A stretch of DNA of 64,000 bases from positions 2,528,001 through 2,592,000 of the forward strand of contig CBDFMQ010000002.1 in assembly GCA_965249725.1 (NCBI GenBank), in the 5' to 3' direction. The translations under genes were made by a program, and so were the position numbers. Source of the stretch: Longimicrobiales bacterium. GTDB lineage: Bacteria; Gemmatimonadota; Gemmatimonadetes; Longimicrobiales; Gaopeijiaceae. Shown in pieces: positions 29,214-41,565 of the stretch (its first letter is position 1; each line of letters starts with the position of its first letter). The notes beneath the pieces are model-generated. The model was not told where the DNA came from, ran no database searches, and saw only the letters and a program-made list of their open reading frames with translations.

Positions 29214-31638
29214 CTAGAACACCGGCTGATCCCGCTTCTTCAGGATGAACAACCCTTCCTGCAGGCTCGTCACGATGATCGTACCACTCTCGAAGAACGG
29301 ATAGTTGCTCCAGGCTCCACTGAACCCCGGGCCATCCTGGTACGGGGACGTGTCGAAAGAGCCCACCTCCCGCGGGTTTTCCGGGTCGGAGATATCGAGA
29401 ATGTGGAGTCCGTACCGGTAATTCGCCTGATAGACGTGGTCGTCCTTCACGTAGAGATTGTGGGCGCTCGCCGTCATCGAGCCCATGAACTGCTTGGTGA
29501 GGACCGGGTCGTCGACGTCGCTCAGATCCCAAATGAGCGTGCGGGTGGTCGGAACGTTGCCACGGACCACATCGCTCTCGTCGTCTACGTAGAAGAAGCG
29601 ATGGTCCTCCGTCAGCCAGCCCTGATGGATGTACGCCGAGTTGGGGGACGTAGCACGCGCTACCGCCACGGGGTTGTCTTTGTCCGTGACATCGGAGATC
29701 GCGAAGAATCCACCGTTCAGGTTGAGGCAGAGTTCTCGTCCCTGATAGTCCCGGTCCGGGCCGCGGTAGATGACGCACTGAGAGTCGTGCGTGCCGCGCT
29801 CCTCCACGAAACAACCCACGAACTCGGGGTTGAGAGGCTCCTGGATGTTCATCATGTGGAGCCCGCCGCCGCAGGTCTCGCCGCCGGCCCGGTTCCCGAC
29901 CGTGTAGGCGAAACCCGTCTCCTCATTGATGATGATGTTGTGGGAGCTTCCGAAACCCGTGTAGTGCACGTCGGGTTCGAAGAGCGCCGGTGGGTTCGCA
30001 ACGCTGCGCAACCGGGTCAGGTCGAAGACCTGCATGCCGTGGGCTCCGGCTCCATCCGCCACGATGAACGCGTGGTTCTTGTACGTCTTGATGTCGCGCC
30101 ACAACTGCGACGGTGGCGTGTCGGCCGGCTTGGGGAGATCACCGATGAGGACCGGATTCGTCGGATCCGTGATGTCGATGAACGAGGTGCCGTCGTTCCG
30201 GCCCACCAGAGCGTACTCCCGATTTGTGTCCGGATCCGTCCACCCCCAGTTGTCGTTTGTCCGGACACCGCGAGCATTGTGTCCGTCCCGGAGAATCGAG
30301 TTGGGCACGAAGGACAGGAGCTCCACGTCGTCGCAGTCGAAGGGGCCGACCTTGCCGTCGGTGCACCGCCGCTCCTCTCCCGTCAGAGCCCCGAGGGCGT
30401 CCGGGGCGCTCACCAATATGTCACCACCCTGCCAGTCTCCTGATGAATCGCGCTCGTAGACGTAGACGGCGCCTGACTGGTGGTGCATGCCCGTCGCCAC
30501 GACCGCCGCGACCCCACCGGCCGCGAAGATCTTGTCGCCGTAGGCGTCCCGGGTGACGGTCTCCGCGAGGCGCATCCGACGCGGGGCGTCGAGATAGCCC
30601 TCGTCACCGCCGCGGTACACGTATACGGAACCCATGTCGTTGCCCCTCGGAGCGGGCGCACCGACCCAGATGTCGCTGCCGTCCAGGGCCACGGCGTCAC
30701 CGAACCGGTCACCCGCGATGCTGTTGTACGCGGCGAGACGGGACTGCTCAGACCAAGCGCCCGAACCGGAGTCCCGTCGATAGAGGAAGGCTGCGCCGTG
30801 GCCGGCCCCGCTGCCCGGGGACCCGACGATCGCCGCGTCGCCCTGCATGGAGATCGAGACGCCGAAGTTGGCCCCCTGTTCGATCCTGGAGTCCAGTACG
30901 GCGGTCTCCCGCCAATCCCCATTCTCCAGCCTGAACTCGTAGACGCGGCCCACGCCCTCGATCTTGGTGTCGCCGAGGACGCTCCAATTCGGAGCACCGA
31001 TGAGCGTTCGTCCGTCCGCCACGACCACGGTGGCGCCGAAGCGGTCGTTTACCACGCCGTCCGAGGCCCGCATGCTGCCGCGCTGAACCCAGTCGCCTCC
31101 TGCGTCGCGCTGGAAAGCGTGGACCATTCCTGGCGGGATGTCCGGGACGCCGGCGCGGGGGCGTGGGGATCGTGCCCGGCTCCCCCACAAGGAGCCAGTC
31201 GCCGTCGGCCGCTATCTCGACGCCGAAGTCGGTTCCGCAGTAGCCATACTGACCACACCCCGGGTCGGTGCCGTTCACGCCATCGCCCGACACCGTGCCT
31301 GTGTGACGCCAGCTACGTCCATCCCGCTCGTAGGTGTGCAAAGGCCCGTTCCGCTGGCCGATGAACAGTGTGTTGCCGGTCGTCGCGAGCACCGTGCCGA
31401 ATCCGTCGGCTCGCTCCGTGTCGGGTGCCTGGATCCGGGCCGACTCCTGCCAAGCGTTGCCGGCCTTGCGGTAGACGTAGACCGCCCCGGACCGGAAGGT
31501 CGGGTTGGGCTCGGCGATGATCAGCTCGTCATCGCCTACGAGAACCGCGTTCCCGAACGAACCGGACTGTGCGAGAGCAGGTACTCCCGCGACGGCGAGG
31601 AGGGCGAAGGACATGAGAAGGGGACGCAACGAACGCAT
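29214..31638 (-). pseudogene. Second choice-of-anchor B / FG-GAP-like protein, frameshifted near 31157-31168
   Basis: GGAGG RBS and signal peptide at 31638. Homology continues in ORF 29214-31190 (NDNWGWTD, WRDIKTY, HQGWLTEDH, WSNYPFFESG). Removing one G from a G-run joins the frames. Confidence 0.85.
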
Positions 31639-31748
31639 GGGACCTCCAGGAATGGCGACTGATATCGACCTCCGCCGGTTGAATCAACCTCCGACGAACA
31701 GCGGTCGATCAACAAAGTAGGGGCGCCTGCCGACGGCGGCGAGAACCG

Positions 31749-31787
31749 CCCCTTGGATCTCCCCCTTGGATCTCCCCCTACGATCTC
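31749..31787. repeat. 13-bp tandem repeat x3 over the DUF3365 stop codon
   Basis: CCCCTTGGATCTC x2 plus CCCCTACGATCTC. Confidence 0.85.
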
Positions 31788-32518
31788 CGCATCGCCAGGC
31801 CCAGGAGAATCACCCCCCCGGCCGCCATGAGGAGCATGAGCACCATCGTGTCGACGAGACCCGATCGTGTTACCGCGAGAGGCGCGTCGAGCGGTGCGAT
31901 CACCTCGAGCACTCCACGCACGTCACCGTCGCTCCAGTCGGCCTTCGGCGTTTCCGGGTGGGCGTTGTGGCACGCGACGCACTCCGGGCGCATCAGGTCG
32001 GCCGTCGCATAGCGCAGGACCTCGTGGCCATCGAGCGATTCGAATCGGTAGAAGGGGTCTCCAGGGTCCTGATTCAGTGCCTCCCACGCCTCACGAGCGA
32101 ACGAGTCCGCGAGCCCTCCCGTCTCCCCGCGCCAAGGGAACGGGTAGGGGCTATAGAGGCGGGTGCCACCGCCGGAGTCCAGGGCTCCAATACGGTTCCC
32201 CAGAAGCATGCTCAGTGTCGCGGGGAGCGGCACCGCGCCCTCGCGAAGGAGGTAGTCGTGCGTGATCTCCACGCCACTGGGACGCAGGCGCTCGACGACC
32301 TCCGAGGTGTAGACCGTGCGAAACTCGGCGATGACCCCGGAGAGCAATTCAGCGTTCTGCAGGGCCCCCGCTCGGACGAGTTCGTTCTGGAGCCCCCGGA
32401 CGTGTGCCAAGATGATCGGCACGGCCGCAAGGAAGAGCACGCCGGTGATGAAGATCGGTCTCCGGTGCGGTGCCGGGCGTTCCGCGACCTCGGGAGGAGA
32501 CGGTGCGGCATCACTCAT
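31778..32518 (-). CDS. DUF3365 (Tll0287-like) c-type heme sensor domain between two TM helices, no output domain
   Basis: FRTVYTSEVV, PLPAT, YSPYPFPWR, CVACH heme motif, DVRGVLEV. Confidence 0.8.
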   Translation of the reverse strand: MSDAAPSPPEVAERPAPHRRPIFITGVLFLAAVPIILAHVRGLQNELVRAGALQNAELLSGVIAEFRTVYTSEVVERLRPSGVEITHDYLLREGAVPLPATLSMLLGNRIGALDSGGGTRLYSPYPFPWRGETGGLADSFAREAWEALNQDPGDPFYRFESLDGHEVLRYATADLMRPECVACHNAHPETPKADWSDGDVRGVLEVIAPLDAPLAVTRSGLVDTMVLMLLMAAGGVILLGLAMRRS

Positions 32519-32667
32519 GACGTATTCGATCCATGTGCAGCCTTTACACGCGACCCGAAACGGAGTTGCGGCGAGGGAGCCCGACGGGTAGTCACGTACG
32601 GTGACAAAGCGGGCCCACCGCACTATCGTCTTCGGTCCAACTCGTTCCGTACGGCTCCAGCAAGAGC

Positions 32668-33765
32668 ATGCTCACGATCGTGTCCCCCTCGCACCCATCG
32701 TCCGGCCTCTCCGGGAGAGCCGTGTTCTTGCTCGTCGGCCTGATGTCCTTCGGCGCGTCGGCCGACGCCCAGGACGTGTCCTGGCTCACCGACTTCGTCT
32801 TCTACGGGGACAATACGGAGTTCTTCAATCCGTTCAGGACGGGCGAGACCCTGCTCGGCGGTCAGTTTCAGTCGGCCGTCGCCTTCGATGTCAGCCCTCG
32901 TATCCAGGTGCTGGCCGGCGGTTCGCTGGACTATCGGAGCGGGGGCGAGAGACTCCGTGAGTTGGAGCCCGTACTGAGCTTTCGCTATCGGAATGACACG
33001 TCCACAGGCGTCGTCGGAACCTTGATCAGGAGTGACCGGCACGGGCTGATCGACCCGCTCGCCGTCAGCACGCTCGAGTTCAATCGTCCGACCGAGCAGG
33101 GACTACAGTGGATCGAGCGCCGCATCGGGCTCGACATGGAGATGTTCCTCAATTGGCAGGCGCTCAACACCACCAACAGCCGCGAGATCATCGACTACGG
33201 AATCACCATGGACGCGCGGCCGAGCGACCACTTCTCAGTCCTGTTCCAGCTTCACGGTGTCCACCACGGGGGTCAGCTCTATGACGCCGGGCAACCCGTC
33301 TCGAACAACGTCGCGCTGGGACCCGGCGTCCGTCTCGGAGCGGACTTGGGTGGGCTCGGAACGAGCAGCGTGACGCTCTTCTACTTGGTCAGCATGGGGG
33401 ACATTCCCACTCTGCCTTCTGCGGAAGTGGAACCGGGACACGGGGTCTTCCTGCGCGGGGCGGTGCATCCGCTCCCCTGGCTCGAATTGAGCACGGTGCA
33501 GTGGTGGGGCACCGACTTCATCGCGGTCGAGGGCGACACGAACTACGGATCCAAGACGATCGACCCGGAGGAATACCGGCCGGACCGCAAATACACGGAG
33601 GTCGGGTTCAAGGGCACCAAGGCGCTGGAAGAGGGCGTGTCGCTATCCGGCGAGTTCCGTCTTCACCACGTTGACGGCGCCAGGGGCAATGGCATTTCCA
33701 GTAGCACCTGGGAGTACTCCTACCGGATCACGGCCGACGTACCGCTGGATATTTCAATCCGGTAG
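32668..33765 (+). CDS. Secreted hypothetical protein, probable outer-membrane beta-barrel
   Basis: Signal-peptide-like N-terminus, DNTEFFNPF, HHGGQ, alternating strands. Confidence 0.7.
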   Translation: MLTIVSPSHPSSGLSGRAVFLLVGLMSFGASADAQDVSWLTDFVFYGDNTEFFNPFRTGETLLGGQFQSAVAFDVSPRIQVLAGGSLDYRSGGERLRELEPVLSFRYRNDTSTGVVGTLIRSDRHGLIDPLAVSTLEFNRPTEQGLQWIERRIGLDMEMFLNWQALNTTNSREIIDYGITMDARPSDHFSVLFQLHGVHHGGQLYDAGQPVSNNVALGPGVRLGADLGGLGTSSVTLFYLVSMGDIPTLPSAEVEPGHGVFLRGAVHPLPWLELSTVQWWGTDFIAVEGDTNYGSKTIDPEEYRPDRKYTEVGFKGTKALEEGVSLSGEFRLHHVDGARGNGISSSTWEYSYRITADVPLDISIR

Positions 33766-33821
33766 GAACCGCCGCGAGGCCGGGTAGGACACGCCACCAG
33801 ACTCGGTCTGAACCGCCTTCC

Positions 33822-35318
33822 CTACCGGCGACCGACGGCCCCCCGTACCGAGTCCAACAGCTTCTCGGGATCGTACCCAACGCCTTCCTTGAAGACGATC
33901 CTCACGTTCTGGATCACGACCGGATCGCTCGTCAGGTCTCCCTCGATGACGACGAGGTCGGCGAGCTTGCCCGAGGTCACCGTACCGAAGGAGTCCTGGG
34001 CGTCGAGCACACGGGCCCCGTTCGCCGACATGATCTGAACCACCTGCGACGGCGAGAACCCCGACGAGGAGAGCAGCTGGAAGTTCCGCTGATCACCGAA
34101 TCCCGGCAGCACCGGGCAGCACGGGTCCGTACCGGCGACCAGCACTCCACCCTGATCGACGAACGACCTCTCGAACGCCTGTGCATTCCAAAAGACCTGA
34201 GAGAAGGGCCATGGATCGTCCTCGCCGACGTTGGGACCGGCCCGGAACTCCCGCTCCCGTTCGATAAGTGTCTCATGCGCGAGGACATACCAGTCGCTGA
34301 GTTCCGGCGGCATCATCTCCAGCACGCGCTCTTCGATGGGCCGCCCACCCGGCACGAACAGGAACTCGTACGCGGACAGGGTCGAAGTGATGGGTGTGCC
34401 CGACCGGACCAGATCCTGGATCAGATCCTGAGCCTCCTGACCCTCGACGTCGACGTCCGCGAGTCGCAGAATGAAGCCCGGCGGGCAGACGTCCTGGGGC
34501 TTGTCGGCCTCGAAATCGCTGGCGGTGAGGAAGCCATGCTCGAGATTGTCGATCTCGAGCTCCATCGCCTCACCGAAGGTCACGGAGCACAGGTGGCCGG
34601 TGACCTTGGCACCCAAACGGTGAGCCTCGTCGATGATGGCCTTGAGGTTCTCGCCTTTGATGTTCGCGTAGGCCTTGAACCAGGTGACGCCCTCTTCGAC
34701 CCAATACCGGACCACACGCTTGGCGTCCTCGGGCGACGCCGGCTGGTAGCGCGAAACGGGTGCACCCTCACCGTCGAAGTAGGGTCCCGTCACGTACATC
34801 CGCGGGCCAGGAGCCTCCCCGGCATCGATCTGGTGCTTCACGTTCAGCTCGCTGTAGGGCGAGATGCTCCCCGTGGTGCGAATGGTCGTCACGCCGTTGG
34901 CCAGGTAGAGCCGTGGGGACGACACGTCGAGCTGCGCCGTCGTTTCGCCCGCCGTGCCACGGACCCCACGGTAGAACGTGTGGTTGTGCATTCCAACCAG
35001 GCCGGGGATCACCGTGTGGCCGGTCAGGTCGTGCACCTCGGCGCCGGCGGGGATGGCCAGATCGCCTGTGGCACCCACGGCCTTAACACGTCCACCCGCG
35101 ATGATGATGGTCTGGTCCTGAGTGGGCTCAGCCCCGGTCCCGTCGATCAGCTGGACGTGCGTAAGCGCAAGGAGAGGACCGCTCACGCTCACGAACTCCT
35201 GGACCGCCGGGCTCAGGGCATCGTGGGTCTGAGCCGCAGCCGGTCGAACGACCCCCGAGGTGGCTAAGTGGAGCGTACCGAGGGCGACCGTAACGAGAGC
35301 GACCGGGGTCTGTCTCAT
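33822..35318 (-). CDS. Secreted amidohydrolase family protein
   Basis: PGLVGMHNH, GVTTIR, GTD, GKLADLVV. GGAG RBS. Confidence 0.9.
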   Translation of the reverse strand: MRQTPVALVTVALGTLHLATSGVVRPAAAQTHDALSPAVQEFVSVSGPLLALTHVQLIDGTGAEPTQDQTIIIAGGRVKAVGATGDLAIPAGAEVHDLTGHTVIPGLVGMHNHTFYRGVRGTAGETTAQLDVSSPRLYLANGVTTIRTTGSISPYSELNVKHQIDAGEAPGPRMYVTGPYFDGEGAPVSRYQPASPEDAKRVVRYWVEEGVTWFKAYANIKGENLKAIIDEAHRLGAKVTGHLCSVTFGEAMELEIDNLEHGFLTASDFEADKPQDVCPPGFILRLADVDVEGQEAQDLIQDLVRSGTPITSTLSAYEFLFVPGGRPIEERVLEMMPPELSDWYVLAHETLIEREREFRAGPNVGEDDPWPFSQVFWNAQAFERSFVDQGGVLVAGTDPCCPVLPGFGDQRNFQLLSSSGFSPSQVVQIMSANGARVLDAQDSFGTVTSGKLADLVVIEGDLTSDPVVIQNVRIVFKEGVGYDPEKLLDSVRGAVGRR

Positions 35319-35414
35319 GATGCATCTCCGGATGTGAACCGACTGGCGTATGCGCCCGGGTTCAGGCGCTTACAGCGTAGGTCCACACGCGGGTGCGGGC
35401 AAAGAGAAGGTCCG

Positions 35415-36800
<1,386 letters not shown>

Positions 36801-36938
36801 TCAGGATGAGTGCCCGCCGAAGGTCGGCCGGGCGTAGCAATCGGACGCTAACGGGAGGCCCCGTGGTCGTCCGTAGGGAATTCGATGACGGCGGTGTAGG
36901 AAAACTCGGAAGTCGGGAACCGGCTCCCAGGCTCACGT

Positions 36939-39911
36939 TCAGCCCTCGCTCGGCTTGAGGACGACTCCGCGACGCTCGTGGCCATTCATGATGGCGACGG
37001 CGGGTGCGGGAAACCGCACGTGCCTCACGGCCCCGCGGGACGACACCTCTGGCTGATCTCGAAGCCAATCCCAATCGACCGAGCCTTCCCCGATGTTCGC
37101 ATTCACCGTGAAGTACCCGACGTTGAAGGACGCCAGGTTCTGATAGAAGTGGGTCCCCTGCGAGGGGGTAACCCGTGCATCGCGAAATCCGGCCTCCACG
37201 ATCACGCGCGCGCCTGAGATGTCCTCCCACTTCACCGGAATGCCGAGCCAGGGGTGCGTCGAACCCCACCGCCCCACACCGATCAGCCCATAGGGGCGGG
37301 CGGCGGCGTTGAGCTCCTTGTTGAAGCTCGCCACGTGCTCGGCGCACTCCGCGCTCTGGGCTCTCTGAAAGTCACTCCGGTCCACCACGATCCAGTCGCA
37401 CAGGGTGTCGATCCGTCCGTTGCCGAGCACGGCCGGGCTCTCGCAGAAGACCTGCTCCGAGTCGATCCCTCCCAGCTCGACGTCCGCATCCTCGCGTGTA
37501 GCCGCCAAGGGACGGAGCTGTAGGAACCCGAACTTCGACCTCTTCCCGCGGCCGCTCCCGAGCGTCGCCGCGAACTCGATCTCGACGGGGAGTCGAGTAC
37601 CGGCCCGTCCGAGGGCAAGCAACTCGTCGAGGATCTCGGCCAAGGGAAACACCCCGTGCTTGAGGATCGGCGCGAAGCTCACTAGGCGAGCGCCCGGTCT
37701 TCCAAGCCCGTCATAGAGTGCGCGGTTCTCGTGGGAGTAGCTCGAGGCGACCGGACCGAGGGTGCCATCGCGTTCGGCGGTCTTGAGGTCGAACCGACCG
37801 AGCGGGCCTCCATCGGACCAGCCTCCATGCTTGAGGCTCCCGCGCAGGTTCAGAGCCCAGAACTCGCGCTGGGCGTTCGCCAGCATTCCTTCGAGGGTCG
37901 AGTGCTCCAGCATGTGCCCCGGGTGACGGGGCACGAATCGCAAGCACGGCTCCCCATCGGCGACGGTCCTTCCCAGACCCAGCGCGACCGCGGCAATGCC
38001 GTCTTCGGTGTCGGCCGGAGGGGACGGATAGTAGTTGTGCGACCGGGCCACGCCGGAGATGTGGGGATAGAAGCGATCACCATGGGGCGCGCCGACCACC
38101 CCTTGGATGATCACCGCCATCGCCTCCTCCTCCGTGCGATACGATGTCGCCTGAAGGAACGCCCCGGCCTTCCTCGAGAAGGTCGATGCGTAGACCCGTT
38201 TCACAGCGCCCACGAGGTGCCGAAGTCGCTTCTTGCGGCTCCTCGCGTCATTGGGGAGAAGCCAGGTCCCATAGACGCCGGCCAACGGCTGGCTCGGCGA
38301 ATCCTCAAGAAGGCTCGACGACCGGACGGTCAACGGATCGGTCATCACCTCGATGACCTGCTCGAGCGACGTCATCACCTCTTCGGGAAGGGGCGCCGCG
38401 AGTATTCGGGCCAGGGTCTCGTCCTCGTCCTCGCACTCGAGTGAGAACTTGCGAAGATCGTTGTCGTCCATGAACTGGTCGAATACGCTCGTGCCAAGCA
38501 CCACAGACGGCGGGACCAAGATCTCCACGTCGGGGAAACGCTCTCTCAACCGCACCTCGTCCAGGAGCCGACTGGCGAACGCCAGACCCCGGCCCTTTCC
38601 CCCGAGGGACCCGCCGCCGATCTGGACCATCCCCTCTTCGCCGTCGAAGACCTTGTCTCGGAACGGATTGACCGACCCGCGGCTCCTCTCGCGCCGGTAC
38701 AGATCGATGTCGTGGACCAAGGACTTCCGTAGCTCTTCGACGTTGGAGTAGTCCTCCAACAGCCGTGGGCGGAGCTCCGCAGCCAATCCGAACTCGGCGC
38801 GCGCGCGCACCCACCGCGAGAAGTCGTGCCGCTGAGCGTGGTACGCCAGACTCTCCCCGGGAATCGTACGGAGCTTCTCGACCAGAGTCTTGAGGTCGGA
38901 CGCCCGGTCGATTTCCTCGCCGGTATCCGACCGGAAGACGAAGTCGCCGAAGAAGAGATGTTCCGACAGGTACTTCCTCAGCTGACCGAGGAAGTCGGGG
39001 GAGCGCTTCAGAAGGAAGCCGACCCCCAACGCTTCAGCTACCTCTTGGTTGCTCTCGTACGAGGACTGGAGGGCGATGGGCACGTCGGGCGCGAGGTCTT
39101 GAATGGCCAGCGCGAGATCCCTGCCGGCCATCTGCGAGTGCTCTCCACCCTTCGGGAAGTTCATGTCGCTGAACACGCCCATGATCGACTCTTGGTACGT
39201 CTCGAAGTCCTCGAGAGCGCGCTCGAACGTCGTGGACAGCAGAATCTTGGGACGGGCACGCGCACGCATCATCCGCTGGAGTCGATTCCCCGATTCGGCC
39301 GCTACCGCTTGTGTGAGGTTCAACACCTCGTTGTAGATGACCGGAAGGAACGACGAGTAGAAGCGAACGCTGTCCTCTACGACCATGAAGACCGGCACGC
39401 CGATTTGAGTGTCCCACTCGACGTTGAGCCGATCCTCGATGGCGCGGACGATGGCGAGGAGAATCCGAGCGTCTCCCTGCCACAGGAAGAGCGCCTCGAT
39501 CCCGTCCAGGCTGTGCCGGTCCCGGAAGAACTCCAGTTCGCGGTGGTCATACCCCAACACGACGACCGGCACATCGAAGCCGCCGTCGCTGATCTCCTTC
39601 GCGAGCCGCGCGGCGTGCATGTCGCCGACGTGGGGGCTCGCGATCACGAGGTCCACCTTGGGCCGCTCACGCTTGAGAATGCGCAATGCCTGGCGTCCGG
39701 AAGAGACCCGGGTCAGGAAGGGAGGCTCACGCGGGCTGGCCTCCAGAAACTTGCCGAGCACACGCTCGTGCAAATGCCCATCCTCGGCGAGGATGAAGGA
39801 CTCGTAGAGGGATGCGACGAAGAGAACATGACGCACCTGCTCCCGCATGAGACTGCGGAAACCGGTCGCCCTCGCGCCGAAGCGTTCAGAGAAATCGATC
39901 GAACTCTTCAA
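36939..39911 (-). CDS. PEP/pyruvate-binding (PPDK N-terminal-like) protein with receiver-like N-terminal region
   Basis: GGGSLGGKGRGL, VRSSSLLEDS, ALGLG, EIEFA, LQLRP. Receiver-like VVEDS segment. No GGxTSHAA phospho-His motif seen. Confidence 0.85.
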   Translation of the reverse strand: MKSSIDFSERFGARATGFRSLMREQVRHVLFVASLYESFILAEDGHLHERVLGKFLEASPREPPFLTRVSSGRQALRILKRERPKVDLVIASPHVGDMHAARLAKEISDGGFDVPVVVLGYDHRELEFFRDRHSLDGIEALFLWQGDARILLAIVRAIEDRLNVEWDTQIGVPVFMVVEDSVRFYSSFLPVIYNEVLNLTQAVAAESGNRLQRMMRARARPKILLSTTFERALEDFETYQESIMGVFSDMNFPKGGEHSQMAGRDLALAIQDLAPDVPIALQSSYESNQEVAEALGVGFLLKRSPDFLGQLRKYLSEHLFFGDFVFRSDTGEEIDRASDLKTLVEKLRTIPGESLAYHAQRHDFSRWVRARAEFGLAAELRPRLLEDYSNVEELRKSLVHDIDLYRRERSRGSVNPFRDKVFDGEEGMVQIGGGSLGGKGRGLAFASRLLDEVRLRERFPDVEILVPPSVVLGTSVFDQFMDDNDLRKFSLECEDEDETLARILAAPLPEEVMTSLEQVIEVMTDPLTVRSSSLLEDSPSQPLAGVYGTWLLPNDARSRKKRLRHLVGAVKRVYASTFSRKAGAFLQATSYRTEEEAMAVIIQGVVGAPHGDRFYPHISGVARSHNYYPSPPADTEDGIAAVALGLGRTVADGEPCLRFVPRHPGHMLEHSTLEGMLANAQREFWALNLRGSLKHGGWSDGGPLGRFDLKTAERDGTLGPVASSYSHENRALYDGLGRPGARLVSFAPILKHGVFPLAEILDELLALGRAGTRLPVEIEFAATLGSGRGKRSKFGFLQLRPLAATREDADVELGGIDSEQVFCESPAVLGNGRIDTLCDWIVVDRSDFQRAQSAECAEHVASFNKELNAAARPYGLIGVGRWGSTHPWLGIPVKWEDISGARVIVEAGFRDARVTPSQGTHFYQNLASFNVGYFTVNANIGEGSVDWDWLRDQPEVSSRGAVRHVRFPAPAVAIMNGHERRGVVLKPSEG

Positions 39912-39970
39912 GGACTATCCCGTCTTAGATGGAACGGCCACTGAAGAATAGCCGACGGAGGCGGGAGGGA

Positions 39971-41473
39971 CTACGGCTGGCCCACCACCCGGGCAGGAGC
40001 CCCCCGGTCCCCGGTGTTACCGGTGCCGATCTGCCCGAACTCGTTGGCGCCCCAGCAGAACGCGACGCCGTCCGTGTCGACTCCGCACGTGTGGAACCAA
40101 CTGGCGCTCACCGAAGCGAAGACATGCGGACCGAAGACCAGCGTGGGCAGGCTCACCTGGCCCGACGAGGTCCCCAACTGCTGGTCGGTGTTCTTGCCCC
40201 AGCAGTGGGCGTCCCCGTCCGTGTCGACGCCGCACGTGTAGAATGCTCCCCCGCTGATACTAGCGAAGACGATGCCTCCGATGACCGGAAGAGGCTCATC
40301 CTGTCCCCCCAAGGTGCCTCGACCGAGCTGGCCGTTGTTGTTCCCACCCCAGCAGTACGCCTCTCCACCGGCGGTGACGCCGCAACTATGATCACCGCCC
40401 ACGCCCAGAGAGACGAATTCCGGCACACCGGGCACGAGCCGAGGGTCGCGTGTCGTACTCCCCGATCCGAGCTGGCCCTGCGCGCCGCGGCCCCAACAGT
40501 AGGCCGTTCCCGCGCTAGTGAGCCCACAGGTGTGCTGGCCCGCCTCGGAGACCTCGACGGCCACGAACGTGAGCCCGCCGCCCACGGGGAGAGGGACGGC
40601 ACTGCAGGAAATCGAGATCCGGGGTGTGAAGAGGGTCTCACAAATATCGACGGTGGCAGCGGTACCGAGCGCCTCGTTCTCGTTGCTGCCCCAACAGTAG
40701 GCCGCCCCCGCCGTCGAGATTCCGCACGTGTGTTCACCGCCGGCATCCACCTGAGTGAAGGTCAGCCCTCCTGCAACGGCCATGGGAGTCACTACGGCTA
40801 GCGTATCCCCAGTGCCGAGCCGGCCATCGTGGTTCACCCCCCAACAGTACGCCTGTCCCCCGGCGTCCAGGCCGCAGGTGTGGGCGTTTCCGACGCTCAG
40901 GGAGGCAAACGTGATCCCTCCGAGCACGGCCGCCGGGGTAGTGCTACAGTCGACGTCGCCGTCGAAACAGTCGCCCGTGGTCGGCCCGACCCCGAGCAGG
41001 TCCTCCCCGTTGATGCCCCAACAGAAGGCCGTGCCATCGGCGGCCAGGCCACATGTCCGGAAGGTGCCGGGATCCACGAAAGCGAGGTCCAGAGCCTGGA
41101 CCGTAACCTCGGCCGAACCGCTCCTCTCTTCGAACGACGCGGTGATGGTGGCGGTCCCCGCCCCAACCCCGAGCACACCGACCGCACCCGGGTCCCCAGG
41201 CCCGACCGTGGCCACCAGGGGGTTCGACGACGTCCATACGAAGTCGGCCTCAGACAGCGCGTTTCCGTCCGAGTCCGCCCCACTCGCAGTCAAGGACACC
41301 GACTCCCCGAGCCATAGGGTCTCGCTGGCGGGCGTGACGCTGATGACGCCCGAAGCCGGACCGGTCGGGGAATCCGCTGTACCGCCACACGCCGAAGAGA
41401 CCAGAAGCCCCAGAGCGATGACGAGGTGGAACGTGCGACCGCCGGGACGCTCGCGCGCTGGGCTATATGACAT
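39971..41473 (-). CDS. Lipoprotein with Ig-like domain and RCC1 repeats (start uncertain)
   Basis: SSAC lipobox-like, WTSSNPLVATV Ig motif, seven TCG...CWG...LG repeats. Confidence 0.85.
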   Translation of the reverse strand: MSYSPARERPGGRTFHLVIALGLLVSSACGGTADSPTGPASGVISVTPASETLWLGESVSLTASGADSDGNALSEADFVWTSSNPLVATVGPGDPGAVGVLGVGAGTATITASFEERSGSAEVTVQALDLAFVDPGTFRTCGLAADGTAFCWGINGEDLLGVGPTTGDCFDGDVDCSTTPAAVLGGITFASLSVGNAHTCGLDAGGQAYCWGVNHDGRLGTGDTLAVVTPMAVAGGLTFTQVDAGGEHTCGISTAGAAYCWGSNENEALGTAATVDICETLFTPRISISCSAVPLPVGGGLTFVAVEVSEAGQHTCGLTSAGTAYCWGRGAQGQLGSGSTTRDPRLVPGVPEFVSLGVGGDHSCGVTAGGEAYCWGGNNNGQLGRGTLGGQDEPLPVIGGIVFASISGGAFYTCGVDTDGDAHCWGKNTDQQLGTSSGQVSLPTLVFGPHVFASVSASWFHTCGVDTDGVAFCWGANEFGQIGTGNTGDRGAPARVVGQP

Positions 41474-41565
41474 GCAGGGCCTCATGTTGCTTGGACAACG
41501 GGCGAGTGTGGTGGACTGGACCATTCTACGCGAGTTCTCCCGGGCGGGTTACCCCAGTCCGCCGC

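Noticed and set aside
36939..39911. Gene symbol ppsA/ppdK
   Set aside because: Lacks the phospho-His motif and the C-terminal PEP-binding barrel.
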